Shown piece by piece: positions 1 to 10,312 of a stretch of DNA of 64,000 bases (the first letter of the stretch is position 1; the number at the start of each line of letters is the position of its first letter). The notes below the pieces were generated by a model. That model was not told where the DNA came from. It worked only from the letters and a program-made list of their open reading frames with translations, and ran no database searches. The position numbers and the translations under genes were made by a program. The stretch spans positions 1,045 to 65,044 of the forward strand of contig CAXTCF010000004.1 in NCBI GenBank assembly GCA_964242945.1. The letters run 5' to 3'. The stretch comes from an uncultured Rhizobiaceae bacterium (GTDB taxonomy: Bacteria; Pseudomonadota; Alphaproteobacteria; Rhizobiales; Rhizobiaceae).

Positions 1-731
1 GTCGCCGCGATTTTCCGCACCGGCTCGATGCAGAAGGCCCGGAAGCAGGCATCGTCCAGCACGCCGGACCAGGAGTCGAAGATCTGCACCGTATCGGCGC
101 CGGCTTGCGCCTGGCGGATCAGAAAGGCAGCGCACCATCCGGCAAGCGTGTCGAGAAGCTGCCGGAAGGCTTGTGGATGGCGATAGGCGAACAGCCGCGC
201 CGGCGCCTGGTCGGGCGTTCCGTGGCCGGCGATCATGTAGGTGGCAAGCGTCCAGGGCGCGCCGCAGAAGCCGATCAGCGTGGTCTCGCCCGGCAACTCG
301 GCGCGCAGCCGCCGCACCGTCTCATAGACGGGCGCCAGATGCTCGTGGAAGCGCGAAGGGTCGAGCCGCGCGACGTCCTCAGGCCCCATCGGCTCCATGC
401 GGGGCCCGCGGCCCTCCTCGAACCAAAGCTTCCGGCCCAGCGCATGCGGCAGGACGAGGATGTCGGAGAACAGGATCGACGCATCGAAGCCGAAACGGCG
501 GATCGGCTGGAGCGTCACTTCCACCGCGAGGTCGGGGTTGTAGCAGAGGTCGAGAAAGGAACCGGCCTTCTTTCGCGTCTCGCGGTACTCCGGCAGGTAG
601 CGCCCGGCCTGGCGCATCATCCAGACGGGCGGCGGGAAACCCGTCTCGCCGCCCAGCACCCGCAGCATCGTGCGCCCGGCCTTCCCGGCACCTTCCGGCT
701 TGGCGAGAGCGTGGTCGGAGAGTTCGCCCAT
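1..731 (-). CDS. hemE: Uroporphyrinogen decarboxylase (3' end runs off the window)
   Basis: Manual translation from ATG at 731: [15 protein letters not shown]...[22 protein letters not shown], the HemE signature. Not in the ORF track. Confidence 0.95.
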   Translation of the reverse strand, partial: MGELSDHALAKPEGAGKAGRTMLRVLGGETGFPPPVWMMRQAGRYLPEYRETRKKAGSFLDLCYNPDLAVEVTLQPIRRFGFDASILFSDILVLPHALGRKLWFEEGRGPRMEPMGPEDVARLDPSRFHEHLAPVYETVRRLRAELPGETTLIGFCGAPWTLATYMIAGHGTPDQAPARLFAYRHPQAFRQLLDTLAGWCAAFLIRQAQAGADTVQIFDSWSGVLDDACFRAFCIEPVRKIAA

Positions 732-740
732 ATTCAAAGA

Positions 741-786
741 GAATCCATAAAGAAGAGTCTTCTGATTCTTAGACTCTGTGAGAGTC
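741..786. promoter_or_regulatory. Cluster of five GANTC (CcrM methylation) sites in the hemE promoter/oriC
   Basis: GAATC 741, GAGTC 755, GATTC 764, GACTC 772, GAGTC 782; further sites at 902 and 1090. Confidence 0.8.
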
Positions 787-1020
787 GGGGATTTGTCCGC
801 ACCGGGAAAGGCAGGCGCCGGAAACGGCGCGGAAAGTCGCTGCCTCCGAAAGGCGCCGGGGCCGTGCAGCCATACGGGCTCAGGGGGCAAATGTCCAAGC
901 CGATTCAGCCCTCTAGGACGGCGTGCCGCGCCCCTGCGGCGATCCCGCCGGCAAGGCAAGACGGCAAGACCGTCCCGTCCCGTTCGCGCCGTTTCGGAGA
1001 GCCGCGCGGCTGGAACGAAT

Positions 1021-1029
1021 TGTGGATAA
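1021..1029 (-). promoter_or_regulatory. DnaA box
   Basis: TGTGGATAA is the exact reverse complement of TTATCCACA. Confidence 0.85.
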
Positions 1030-1079
1030 GTCGGTCCCCCATACAGGGGCGAAACGGAGACGGCCCCCAGCCCTCCCGC

Positions 1080-1088
1080 TTATCCACA
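1080..1088 (+). promoter_or_regulatory. DnaA box
   Basis: Exact TTATCCACA. Confidence 0.85.
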
Positions 1089-1211
1089 GGAGTCCACAAG
1101 GGGCAGCCCCGGCCTGTTGAACACGGCTCCGGAGCAGCGCTCAGTGGGGCAGGGCGCTTGCCCTCCCGGCGCAAGGGCGTTAGCTCAGCCGCATCCCTTG
1201 GGGCGCGCGTC

Positions 1212-1811
1212 ATGCCTGCAAATCTGATCCTCGCTTCGGGAAGCGTGTTCCGCCGCAAGATGCTCCTGGATGCTGGCGTGCCTTGCGATGCGGTCCGGCC
1301 GGACCTGGACGAACGCGCGCTGGAAGCGCCGCTCCTCGAAGCCGGCGCAGCGCCGGAAGACGTCGCGCTAGCGCTGGCGGAAGCCAAGGCTGTTGCCGTC
1401 AGCGAGGCTCATCCCGCCCGCCTGGTGCTCGGATGCGACCAGACGCTTGTCCTGGGCGGCGAGGTCTTCCACAAGCCGCCGGACATGGAGGCTGCGCGCC
1501 GCCAGCTGCGAAAACTCTCCGGCCAAACGCACCACCTCCACAGCGCCGCGGTTTTGGCGCGCAACGGCGAGGTTCTCTGGCGGCACGCTGCGCGCTCAGT
1601 CATGACGATGCGCCACTTAAGCCCCGCCTTCATCGGGCGCTACTGCGCGGCTGCCGGCGAGCAGATCCTGAGCAGCGTCGGCGCCTACCAGATCGAAGGC
1701 TTAGGGGTTCAGCTCTTCGAGCGGATCGAGGGCGATTTCTTCGCCATCGTCGGGCTGCCGCTGCTGCCGGTCTTGAGCGCGCTGCGCGAACACGGAGTTC
1801 TGGATGAGTGA
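1212..1811 (+). CDS. maf: Maf-family nucleoside triphosphate pyrophosphatase
   Basis: [35 protein letters not shown] motifs. Start placed at ATG 1212; the upstream ORF extension is spurious. Confidence 0.93.
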   Translation: MPANLILASGSVFRRKMLLDAGVPCDAVRPDLDERALEAPLLEAGAAPEDVALALAEAKAVAVSEAHPARLVLGCDQTLVLGGEVFHKPPDMEAARRQLRKLSGQTHHLHSAAVLARNGEVLWRHAARSVMTMRHLSPAFIGRYCAAAGEQILSSVGAYQIEGLGVQLFERIEGDFFAIVGLPLLPVLSALREHGVLDE

Positions 1812-2652
1812 GCGGAAAGCCTTCGTCGTCGGGCACCCGATAAACCATTCCCGCTCGCCGTTGATCCACGGCACCTGGCTGGAGCGCTACAACATCGCGG
1901 ATGGCGAGTATGGCGCGATCGACGTGGGTGCGGAGGAACTGTTCGGCCTGCTCCAGCGCGTGCGGAAGGGCGAGTTCCGCGGCGGCAACGTCACCATCCC
2001 CCACAAGGAAACGGTTTTCGCCGACGTGGAGCAGCGCGATGAGGCGGCGCAGGCCATCGGCGCCGTGAACACGCTCTGGGTCGAGAACGGCGAACTGGTC
2101 GGCGGCAACACCGACGCCTACGGTTTTGCCGCCAACCTGGACGAAGGCGCACCCGGCTGGAGCGACGGAGGGACGGCGCTGGTGCTCGGCGCCGGGGGGG
2201 CATCCCGCGCCGTGCTGCATGCGCTGCTTTCCCGCGGCTTCGAAACGGTCTGGCTCGCCAACCGCACCGCTGCCCGCGCGGAAGACCTAGCAACGCATTT
2301 CGGGCCGAAAATCCGGGCGCTTCCCTGGGACCAGGTGCCGGAAAAGCTCGGCGGAGCAAAACTGCTGGTCAACACGACTGCGCTCGGCATGGAGGGCGGC
2401 GAAGCGCTCGACCTTGACCTGGAAAACCTGCCTGAGGGCGCCGTCGTGACGGACATCGTCTATGTGCCGCTGGAGACGCCGCTTCTGAAAGCCGCGCGCG
2501 AGCGGGGCAACGTCCGCGCGGTGGATGGCCTCGGCATGCTCCTGCACCAGGCCGCGCCGGGCTTCGAGCGCTGGTTCGGCATACGGCCGGAGGTCACGAG
2601 GGAACTGCGCGACCTTGTCGTTGCAGACCTCGAAAGGCCGAAAACGCCATGA
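1804..2652 (+). CDS. aroE: Shikimate dehydrogenase
   Basis: [45 protein letters not shown]. Confidence 0.97.
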   Translation: MSERKAFVVGHPINHSRSPLIHGTWLERYNIADGEYGAIDVGAEELFGLLQRVRKGEFRGGNVTIPHKETVFADVEQRDEAAQAIGAVNTLWVENGELVGGNTDAYGFAANLDEGAPGWSDGGTALVLGAGGASRAVLHALLSRGFETVWLANRTAARAEDLATHFGPKIRALPWDQVPEKLGGAKLLVNTTALGMEGGEALDLDLENLPEGAVVTDIVYVPLETPLLKAARERGNVRAVDGLGMLLHQAAPGFERWFGIRPEVTRELRDLVVADLERPKTP

Positions 2653-3248
2653 GCGCGGGAAAAGCCGTCGTGCTCGGCCTGACCGGCTCGATCGGCATGG
2701 GCAAATCCACCACGGCAAGGATGTTCCGCGACGCCGGCGTGCCCGTCCACGACGCGGACGAGGCCGTGCACCGGCTTTACGCCGGCGAGGCCGTAGCCTT
2801 GGTGGAGGCGGCCTTTCCCGGCGTGACGGTGAATGGCGCCATCGACCGGAAAAAGCTTGCTGCCCGCGTGCTGGAGGATGCCGGCGCCTTGAAGGAGTTG
2901 GAAACGATCGTCCACCCGCTGGTGCGCGCCGATGCCGACCGCTTCGTGGCAAAACACCGCGCAAAAGCAACGCCGCTCATTGTGCTGGACATCCCGCTGC
3001 TGTTCGAAACGAACGGCCGCTCCCGCGTGGATCAGGTCGTCGTCGTTTCCGCCAGCCCGGAGGTGCAGCGCAGCCGCGTTCTTTCCCGTCCCGGCATGAC
3101 GGCCGAAAAATTCGAAGCGCTGCGCGCCCGCCAGATGCCGGACACTGAGAAGCGGCGGCTGGCCGATTTCGTGATCGATACGGGCGATGGCATGGGGGCC
3201 GCGCGAGCGGCGGTGGCGCGCATCGTAGGGGAACTGACGGGAGAATAG
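2649..3248 (+). CDS. coaE: Dephospho-CoA kinase
   Basis: [13 protein letters not shown]-loop, [13 protein letters not shown]; ATGA overlap with aroE. Confidence 0.97.
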   Translation: MSAGKAVVLGLTGSIGMGKSTTARMFRDAGVPVHDADEAVHRLYAGEAVALVEAAFPGVTVNGAIDRKKLAARVLEDAGALKELETIVHPLVRADADRFVAKHRAKATPLIVLDIPLLFETNGRSRVDQVVVVSASPEVQRSRVLSRPGMTAEKFEALRARQMPDTEKRRLADFVIDTGDGMGAARAAVARIVGELTGE

Positions 3249-3322
3249 CGGGGACGGTTTTCGCAGGAGGTGACGCCCGCTTAAGCCTTGCTGCTTAATG
3301 CTCGAATCGCCATTTCCGGACG

Positions 3323-4057
3323 ATGAAGAAAGCCGCTCCCTTGCGCGAGATCGTGTTCGACACCGAAACCACCGGCCTCGACAACCGCGAGGACCGCGTC
3401 ATCGAGATCGGCGCCATCGAGATGGTCAACCGTTTCCCGACCGGCCGCGTGTTCCACCACTACATCAACCCGCAGGGCAGGGCGGTCCACCCGGACGCGC
3501 TCGCCGTCCACGGCATCGGCGAGGACAAGCTCCGGGGCAAGCCGGTCTTTTCCGAGATCGCGGAAGAGTTCATCGCCTTCATCGAAGGCGCGCACCTCGT
3601 GGCGCATAACGCCAATTTCGACATGGGCTTCATCAACGCCGAATTCGCCCGCCTCGGCCGTGCCGCCGTGGAAGGCAGCCGCGTCATCGACACGCTTCAG
3701 CTTGCCCGGCGCAAGCATCCGATGGGGCCGAACTCGCTCGACGCGCTGTGCCGGCGCTACAGCATCGACAACAGCCGCCGCACCAAGCACGGCGCGCTGC
3801 TCGACTCCGAGCTTCTGGCTGAAGTCTATGTCGAACTGATCGGCGGAAAGCAGACGGCCCTTGTGCTGGAAAGCTTTTCAGCCCGCACCAATGAGGGCAG
3901 CGACCGGGCGGGGGGCAGCATGGAAATCCGCCCGCGTCCGGTGCCTTTAGCCCCTCGGCTCGACGCGGAAACGCTTGCCGCCCACGCCAAGCTCGTCGCC
4001 GGCTTGGGCGAAAAGGCTATCTGGGCGAAGCTGAAGGCGGACGCTCCGGCCGAGTAA
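3323..4057 (+). CDS. dnaQ: DNA polymerase III epsilon subunit
   Basis: DTETTG, HNANFD, HGALLDSELLAEVY DEDDh exonuclease motifs. Confidence 0.97.
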   Translation: MKKAAPLREIVFDTETTGLDNREDRVIEIGAIEMVNRFPTGRVFHHYINPQGRAVHPDALAVHGIGEDKLRGKPVFSEIAEEFIAFIEGAHLVAHNANFDMGFINAEFARLGRAAVEGSRVIDTLQLARRKHPMGPNSLDALCRRYSIDNSRRTKHGALLDSELLAEVYVELIGGKQTALVLESFSARTNEGSDRAGGSMEIRPRPVPLAPRLDAETLAAHAKLVAGLGEKAIWAKLKADAPAE

Positions 4058-4060
4058 GGC

Positions 4061-4603
4061 TCAGGCCCGGTTGCGTTTCAGCCTGATGTAGAGCGCGCCC
4101 GCGCCCCCGTGGCCGCGTGCGGCGTGGTCATAGCCCGAAACGAGTTCCCGAAACGGCGTGGTGGCGAGCCAGGCCGGCACCGCGCGGCGCAGGATACCCT
4201 CGCCGCCCGAAGAGGAACCCTTGCCCGTGATCACCAGCACATGCCGCGCCCCGCCGGCATAGGCGCGGCGCAGAAAGGAAAGCAGCAGCGCATAGGCTTC
4301 ATCCTGGAACAGCCCGTGCAGATCGACCCGCCCCTCGATCGGCAGCCGGCCCCTGGCGATCTTCTGATGCGTCGGCACATCCAAGATAAGCGAAGGCGGG
4401 CGCTTCACGAGCGCGGCCGGCGCCGCCGGCAGGGCCGCGAGTGCCTGGGTCTGTGCAGGCGTGGGAGGGAGTTCGGCAGCAGGCGGCGTTTCGGGCACTG
4501 GCACGGAAGCCGGTGTTTTTCCCTTCAAAGGCGTTGCCGTGCGCGCGATGAGGCTCCAGAGCACCCGGTCTTCGTCCGTCAGCAGTTTTGGGCGCCGGCT
4601 CAT
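4061..4603 (-). CDS. Smr/MutS2 C-terminal domain protein
   Basis: VDLHGL, VLVITGKG, HGGAGALY. Confidence 0.92.
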   Translation of the reverse strand: MSRRPKLLTDEDRVLWSLIARTATPLKGKTPASVPVPETPPAAELPPTPAQTQALAALPAAPAALVKRPPSLILDVPTHQKIARGRLPIEGRVDLHGLFQDEAYALLLSFLRRAYAGGARHVLVITGKGSSSGGEGILRRAVPAWLATTPFRELVSGYDHAARGHGGAGALYIRLKRNRA

Positions 4604-5709
4604 GCTGCCTCACCCAGCAGGGAGCGCGGGATCAGGGCATGGAAGTCGGCCTCATGGCGCACCACGCCTGCAATCTTGCCCGCCGCATCGCCCGAACCGC
4701 CGAACAGATCGCCGCGCGCCGCGCCGACGATCGCGGAGCCCGTATCCTGCGCGATCATGAGCCGGCGAAACTCTTTGTTGCCGAAGGCAAGCAGTTGCGG
4801 TGCGTGGATGAAGAAGGGCGTGCCGAAGGTGTGAAGGAGCCGATCAACGGCGACCGAGCGGCCGGGCGTCAGGGGCACCTTCGCAGCGGCGATCGGGCCG
4901 AGCGCAGGATCTTCCACCGGAGCCTCGCGGAAAAAGATGAAGGAGCGGTTCTGCTGAAGGATTTCGGCTACGCGCCTCGGGTGTGCCTCAAACCATGCGC
5001 GGATCGACTGCATGGTGACCTGTTCGAGCGGGATTTCTCCTATCCGGGCAAGAATGCCGCCGGGTCCGGAAAAGCGCTGGCCGCTTTTGGCGGCATAGGT
5101 CAACCGCTTCGCCGAGCCGTCGATCATGCGCAGCCGCGCCGCGCCCTGCACATGGATGAAGAAGACGTCCACGGGATCGTGCAGCCAAGCGATTTCCAGA
5201 TTGCGACCGGCGAGCCCACCTGCCTCGATCTGCTTCCTGTCGAAATACTCGACTAAGCTGCCGTCGGCCCGGCGCCGCGCAAAGGCGAGATAAGGGTCCA
5301 TGCCCGGTGGGCGGTTCGCCTCGTCCACATCGACAAGATCGCTCGGCCGCGCATAAAGCGGAACGCCGAAGAACGCCGTCCGGATGGGCGAAGCGTCGGC
5401 TTCCGGCTCGTAGAAGCCGGTAACAAGTCCCTGCGCCTTGCCATTATCGGGGCGAACGAAAGCAGGGTGGAAGAAGGTTTCAAAGAAGCTCCTGGCCTGC
5501 GCTTCCGTCAGGGCCGGCTCAGACCGTGCCGCCGCATAGGCCGGCGCGAAGGCCGCGTAGGAAAGCCCAAGACCTCCCGTCCGATAGGGCTTTTCGAGGA
5601 CGCGAAAGGCGGAACGGCGAAAGGCCTCGAAAGCGGCGAGCAGGCCGTCATCGGCCTCCCAGCCCGGAAGGTTTTCGAAGGAAGCAGGCGTGAAAGCGGG
5701 GGACAGCAC
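4600..5709 (-). CDS. mltA: Membrane-bound lytic murein transglycosylase A
   Basis: TGFYEP, FFIHVQG, NRSFIFF, MIAQDTGSAI..RGDLF. Confidence 0.93.
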   Translation of the reverse strand: MLSPAFTPASFENLPGWEADDGLLAAFEAFRRSAFRVLEKPYRTGGLGLSYAAFAPAYAAARSEPALTEAQARSFFETFFHPAFVRPDNGKAQGLVTGFYEPEADASPIRTAFFGVPLYARPSDLVDVDEANRPPGMDPYLAFARRRADGSLVEYFDRKQIEAGGLAGRNLEIAWLHDPVDVFFIHVQGAARLRMIDGSAKRLTYAAKSGQRFSGPGGILARIGEIPLEQVTMQSIRAWFEAHPRRVAEILQQNRSFIFFREAPVEDPALGPIAAAKVPLTPGRSVAVDRLLHTFGTPFFIHAPQLLAFGNKEFRRLMIAQDTGSAIVGAARGDLFGGSGDAAGKIAGVVRHEADFHALIPRSLLGEAA

Positions 5710-5740
5710 GGAAGCAGCCCGCCGCGCTCAAGTGAAAAGA

Positions 5741-6460
5741 TCAGTCTTCGGCCTCGGTCGCCACCAGCTTCCAGTTCGGATCGCGCGAGCGGGCGTCGCG
5801 GGCAAACGTCCAGATGTCCTTCACCTCGGCAACCGTTTCCGGGTCGCCGTCGATCACTTCGCCGCCCTTGTCGCGGGTGGCCGAGATCAGTTCGCTGACG
5901 ATGCGCAGCGTCACATGCGCGTCGGAGCCCTTCATCTCGGCGCCCGTCACGTCCACCTTGTCGATGCCGACAAAGGAGGACTGCACCTTCTCGCCACGCT
6001 TCTCCCGCTCGTCGATCGCCGCCACGAAGCCGTCATAGACCTCGCGCGAAAGCAGGTTCTTCAGCGTCTTCCGGTCGCCGTCGGCATAGGCCATCACGAT
6101 CATCTCGTAGGCCATCTTGGCGCCATCGACGAAACCCTTCGGGTCGAAGCTTGGGTCGGCGTCGCGGATCGCGCGCAACCCCTTGTTGAGGTCGCTGCCC
6201 GGCCGGGTCATGGCGTCGATCGCCGCATAGGCCGGCTCCTTGTCGGCCGGCGCAGCACCCCGCTTGTTCGGCAGGGTCACGACGTTTTCCGCGGGCTTCG
6301 GCCCATCCTTGGCGTTCTTGTCCCGCGACCGGCCCGCCGTATAGGGATCGAAGGGCGGACGCTCGTTGCCCGTGCGCCGGCCCAGCACGTTGCGCAGCTG
6401 GTAGAAGATCACCGCTGCCGCGATCAAAAAGAAGATCGTGCCGAAGTCGAAGAATTCCAT
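5741..6460 (-). CDS. Tim44/TimA-family protein
   Basis: N-terminal TM helix with LRNVLGRRTG; AYEMIVMAYA; WTFARD...PNWKLVAT. Confidence 0.92.
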   Translation of the reverse strand: MEFFDFGTIFFLIAAAVIFYQLRNVLGRRTGNERPPFDPYTAGRSRDKNAKDGPKPAENVVTLPNKRGAAPADKEPAYAAIDAMTRPGSDLNKGLRAIRDADPSFDPKGFVDGAKMAYEMIVMAYADGDRKTLKNLLSREVYDGFVAAIDEREKRGEKVQSSFVGIDKVDVTGAEMKGSDAHVTLRIVSELISATRDKGGEVIDGDPETVAEVKDIWTFARDARSRDPNWKLVATEAED

Positions 6461-6557
6461 CGTTTCGCGCCAGCTGCCTCATCTAAGCCGCTTGGAACGG
6501 TGCGGCACCGCAAGAAATCCCTGGAGGGCAGGGGAGTTTCCCGGCTCAAGAGACGTT

Positions 6558-6608
6558 ATATAGAACGCATGGGCCTGCCGTTCAAACCGGCATTGCAGCT
6601 CCCCATAT
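6558..6608. promoter_or_regulatory. Overlapping divergent promoters for tim44 and fxsA (sigma70/RpoH-like)
   Basis: Minus strand TTTGAA-N17-CTATAT (6586 to 6558); plus strand GTTCAA-N15-CCCCATAT (6580-6608). Confidence 0.45.
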
Positions 6609-6664
6609 GGAAGCCCGATGCCGGCTGTCCCGCTCCACCACAGGCCGAAGGAGTTTGCACGCTC

Positions 6665-7135
6665 GTGATCCGTTTTGCGCTTCTGGCTCTCCCGCTTCTG
6701 GAGATCGCAGGCTTCATCCTGGTGGGAAAAGCGATCGGCGTCGTGCCGACGCTGGGGCTGGTCCTGCTTGGCGTGGTGCTCGGCACCCTGCTGATCCGCA
6801 GTGCGGGCCTCGGCGTGTTCCGCCAAGCGCAGATGGAAACCGCTGCCGGGCGCCATCCCAGTCCTAGCATCGTCAAGGGGTTCCTTTCGGTGCTGGCGGG
6901 CGTCCTGCTGATCGTGCCGGGCTTCTTGTCCGACGCTTTTGCCATCCTGCTGCTGCTTCCGCCTGTCCAGGCGAGCGCCTGGAGTTTTCTTAAGAACCGC
7001 GTGCGCTTCGCCGGCAGCTTCGGCGGCGCGCGGAAGTCCCAGCCGCAGACCCGCGTGATCGACCTCGACCCTTCCGACTATGCCGCGCGGCCGAATCCCG
7101 GCTCGCCCTGGGCCGACAAGCCGAACGGTACCTGA
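6665..7135 (+). CDS. fxsA: FxsA-family membrane protein
   Basis: LPLLEIA and LLIVPGFLSD motifs; GTG start at 6665; lies between tim44 and secB. Confidence 0.9.
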   Translation: MIRFALLALPLLEIAGFILVGKAIGVVPTLGLVLLGVVLGTLLIRSAGLGVFRQAQMETAAGRHPSPSIVKGFLSVLAGVLLIVPGFLSDAFAILLLLPPVQASAWSFLKNRVRFAGSFGGARKSQPQTRVIDLDPSDYAARPNPGSPWADKPNGT

Positions 7136-7243
7136 CTCTTCGCCGCCGACCGGCTTAGCTTGTCACGCTGAAACCGCCATGCTAGCGAGCGCGCGATTTT
7201 TCAGCCCGCTGTACCACCGGCGGCAAGGGAGGAAACGGCGGGA

Positions 7244-7735
7244 ATGGCCGAAAACGGGAACAACGGGACGCCGGCCAACGGCAATGCGCCCACGCAGACG
7301 CTCAGCGTGCTCGCGCAGTACGTCAAGGATTTCTCCTTCGAGAGCCCCGGCGCGCCCCAATCCCTGCGCTCGCGTGACAAGGCCCCCGGCATCAACATCA
7401 ACGTCAATGTCGCCGCCAACCCGCTTTCCGAGAAGGAATTCGACGTCAACCTGACGCTGAACGCCAAGGCGACGAGCGACAGCGACGTGCTGTTCAACGT
7501 CGAACTGCTCTACGGCGGCGTCTTTCACATCGACGGCTTTCCGCAGGAGCACATGCTGCCGCTGCTCTTCATCGAGTGCCCGCGGCTGCTGTTCCCCTTC
7601 GCTCGCCAGATCATCGCCGAAGCCACGCGCAACGGCGGCTTCCCGCCGCTCCTGCTTGACCCCATCGATTTCGGGCAGATGTTCCAGCGCAAGCTTGCCG
7701 AAGACGCCGCAGCCGCCAGGGTGCGGACCACTTGA
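7244..7735 (+). CDS. secB: Protein export chaperone SecB
   Basis: [32 protein letters not shown]. Confidence 0.97.
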   Translation: MAENGNNGTPANGNAPTQTLSVLAQYVKDFSFESPGAPQSLRSRDKAPGININVNVAANPLSEKEFDVNLTLNAKATSDSDVLFNVELLYGGVFHIDGFPQEHMLPLLFIECPRLLFPFARQIIAEATRNGGFPPLLLDPIDFGQMFQRKLAEDAAAARVRTT

Positions 7736-7848
7736 AATGCGGCCCGCCTTGAGCCGGCGCGTACTCACCAAGAAGCCGCAGGTGTCCAGCCTGCGTTGTG
7801 GTTCCTGGAAGCGCACACGCAGTCCCCGGATCGACGGGATAACACCAG

Positions 7849-8820
7849 TCAGAACAGCGCCTGAAGCTCCGGCAGCTTCTCGTTGACCAGCCAGCCGTAA
7901 TAATTTTCTTCCGGCAGGCGCGGCTTTTGGCCCTTGGCGGCGCGCGCCTTGTTTTCCGCCCTCAGCGCGGCGGCGCGGTCTTCCGGGTTGCCGACATTGT
8001 AGAGCGTGGCGGTCAGGCCCGGATTGCCGGAAATGTCGAAGCCGGCGATGCTCCGGTAGGCGTCGATGGATTCTTTCAGGGTCGCGGCGACGTAGGGGAT
8101 CGTCAGGTCCGGATCCATGATCGTCTCGTAGATCTTGCCGGGCTTGTCGGCCGACAAGGGCGGCAGGCCGGTGACGCGGGACACGGTGTCCGTGACCTTC
8201 AGCGCGGTCAGCGGGTTCAACTGGCCGATCCCGAAAGTCTGTCCGGCATAGAAGGGCTGGAAGAACACGGCGCCGAGGCGCTTGTCCGGAAAGCTGGAGC
8301 CGCCCACCGTTTGGCCGCGGAACGCCGTGTTCCAGATGCGCTCGCGGCAGTCCCACAAGGCCTCGCTGCCGCTCGCCTCGCTACAGGACGCGAACTGCGG
8401 ACGCTTGACGAAGTCGCCGATCGCCTCGCCGTCATACTCAAAGGAAAGATCGCTTTTGAGGTAGGAGATCGCCTTGACGTAGTAGGTCTGGAGGCGGTCG
8501 TAGGCGTCCACATTGTAGGTGTGCTCGCCGACGATGGCGCCGACGATGTGCATCGGCGAAATGCCGAACTGACCCGCAGCCTCGCGGATTTTGCTGCGCA
8601 GCTTCTTGTCGCTGGCGAGCAGCGCATAGACCTTCTGGTACTTCGCTTCGAATGAAGTCTTGTTGGCCCGCGTGCGCCGGACCGAAGCGCCGGGGACGTC
8701 CGGCTGGTCGGCGGCATGGGTTGCGGAAGGCGGCACGGCCGTTGCGGCTTGAGCAGGGATCGCGAGGCCCATGCCCAGAAACGTCGCAAAGGCAAGCTTC
8801 GCCGCGGCGGCTTTCAGCAT
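7849..8820 (-). CDS. DUF1402-family exported protein
   Basis: Signal peptide from ATG 8820; GAIVGEHTYNVD and GQTFGIGQLNPLTAL match the recalled family signature. Confidence 0.75.
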   Translation of the reverse strand: MLKAAAAKLAFATFLGMGLAIPAQAATAVPPSATHAADQPDVPGASVRRTRANKTSFEAKYQKVYALLASDKKLRSKIREAAGQFGISPMHIVGAIVGEHTYNVDAYDRLQTYYVKAISYLKSDLSFEYDGEAIGDFVKRPQFASCSEASGSEALWDCRERIWNTAFRGQTVGGSSFPDKRLGAVFFQPFYAGQTFGIGQLNPLTALKVTDTVSRVTGLPPLSADKPGKIYETIMDPDLTIPYVAATLKESIDAYRSIAGFDISGNPGLTATLYNVGNPEDRAAALRAENKARAAKGQKPRLPEENYYGWLVNEKLPELQALF

Positions 8821-8860
8821 CTCGATCGTCCTCAGCACGAAACCACAGCCGCTTGCGCCG

Positions 8861-8977
8861 CCCCTCACTGCCCTGCCGGGCATCTCTCCCCGTGAACGGG
8901 GAGAGAACACGCCGGCCGGGATGACAGCGCACTTCTCCCCGTTCACGGGGAGAAGGTGGCGGCAGCCGGATGAGGGG
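8861..8977. repeat. Palindromic REP/MITE-like element, family A, copy 1 (two different arms)
   Basis: Left arm CCCCTCACTGCCCTGCCGGGCATCTCTCCC is identical to 13860-13889. Right arm is an inverted variant ending ATGAGGGG. Each arm has a TCTCCCC-GT(G/T)(A/C)AC-GGGGAGA hairpin. Confidence 0.9.
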
Positions 8978-9004
8978 CGGCGCTGAAGGCTGACAGATCG
9001 GCGT

Positions 9005-10312
9005 TTAGAGGATGAAACGCGACAAATCTGTGTTCTTGGCGAGATCGCCGACGTGATCCTTCACATAGGCCGCGTCCACCGTCACGGTCGAGCCGTTCTT
9101 GTCGGACGCCTCGAAGGAAATCTCGTCCAGCACGCGCTCCATCACCGTCTGGAGGCGGCGCGCGCCGATGTTTTCGACCGTCGCGTTCAGATCGACAGCC
9201 ACGCCGGCGAGGCTGTCGATGGCATCGTCGGTGAAATCGAGCGTCACGCCCTCCGTGCCCATCAGCGCGATATACTGCTTGATCAGGCTGGCTTCCGTCT
9301 CGGTCAGGATGCGCCGAAAATCCTCCTTTTCCAGCGCGCGCAACTCGACGCGGATCGGCAGGCGGCCCTGGAGTTCCGGCAGCAGGTCGGAGGGTTTTGC
9401 CACGTGGAACGCGCCGGAGGCGATGAAGAGGATATGGTCGGTCTTCACCGGCCCGTACTTGGTCGCGACCGTCGTGCCTTCGACCAGCGGCAGCAAATCG
9501 CGCTGCACGCCCTCGCGCGACGGTCCCATGCGAGTGTCGCCGGAGGCCACCTTGTCGATTTCGTCGATGAAGACGATGCCGTCGTTCTGCGTCACTTCCA
9601 GCGCGCGGCGCACCACCTCGTCATTGTCGAGCAGCTTGTCCGACTCGTCGTCGATCAGCGCAGCATAGGATTCCTTGACCGTGGTCTTCTTGGTCTTGGT
9701 CTTCTTTCCGCCCATCGCCTTGGACAGCATGTCGTTGATGTTCATCACGCCGATATTGGCGCCGGGCATGCCGGGGATCTCGAAGGAGGGCATGCCGCCG
9801 GTACCGGCGTCAGCCACCTCGATCTCGATCTCCTTGTCGTCCAGCTCGCCGTTGCGTAAGCGTTTGCGGAACGAATCCTTGGTGGCGGGCGAGGCGGTCT
9901 TGCCGACCAGCCCCTCCAGCACGCGCTCCTCGGCGTTGACATGGGCACGCGCCTTGACGTCCTCGCGCATCTTCTCGCGCTGGAGGCCGATGGCGGTCTC
10001 GACCAGGTCGCGGATGATCTGCTCCACGTCGCGGCCGACATAGCCGACCTCGGTGAATTTCGTCGCCTCGACCTTGATGAAGGGCGCGCCTGCGAGCTTG
10101 GCGAGGCGGCGGGAGATTTCGGTCTTGCCGACGCCGGTCGGGCCGATCATCAGGATGTTCTTGGGCATGACCTCTTCGCGCATGCCGTTTGTGAGCTGCT
10201 GGCGGCGCCAGCGGTTGCGCAGCGCGATGGCCACGGCGCGCTTGGCGTCCTTCTGGCCGATGATGAAGCGGTCGAGCTCGGAAACGATCTCTCTAGGGGA
10301 AAAATTGGTCAT
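9005..10312 (-). CDS. hslU: ATP-dependent protease ATPase subunit HslU
   Basis: From ATG 10312 [10 protein letters not shown]; [40 protein letters not shown]. Confidence 0.98.
   Translation of the reverse strand: MTNFSPREIVSELDRFIIGQKDAKRAVAIALRNRWRRQQLTNGMREEVMPKNILMIGPTGVGKTEISRRLAKLAGAPFIKVEATKFTEVGYVGRDVEQIIRDLVETAIGLQREKMREDVKARAHVNAEERVLEGLVGKTASPATKDSFRKRLRNGELDDKEIEIEVADAGTGGMPSFEIPGMPGANIGVMNINDMLSKAMGGKKTKTKKTTVKESYAALIDDESDKLLDNDEVVRRALEVTQNDGIVFIDEIDKVASGDTRMGPSREGVQRDLLPLVEGTTVATKYGPVKTDHILFIASGAFHVAKPSDLLPELQGRLPIRVELRALEKEDFRRILTETEASLIKQYIALMGTEGVTLDFTDDAIDSLAGVAVDLNATVENIGARRLQTVMERVLDEISFEASDKNGSTVTVDAAYVKDHVGDLAKNTDLSRFIL

Larger units (their letters stand above)
732..1211. 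other. Putative chromosomal replication origin (oriC)
   Basis: Intergenic region upstream of hemE, the usual alphaproteobacterial oriC position. Two perfect DnaA boxes, seven GANTC sites and an AT-richer patch at about 730-790. Confidence 0.8.

Noticed and set aside
105-1211. Long ORF 105..1811 and other ORFs overlapping hemE and oriC
   Set aside because: Only the last 199 aa are Maf; the rest is the antisense shadow of hemE plus intergenic DNA.
3281-3298. CtrA site upstream of dnaQ (TTAA...TTAA)
   Set aside because: The spacer is 10 nt rather than the 7 nt required.
8821-8946. N-terminal extension of the DUF1402 ORF
   Set aside because: It is translated from the family-A repeat and lies ahead of a clear signal peptide starting at 8820. 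Unlike the kinase case, there is no gene-like sequence beyond the repeat.
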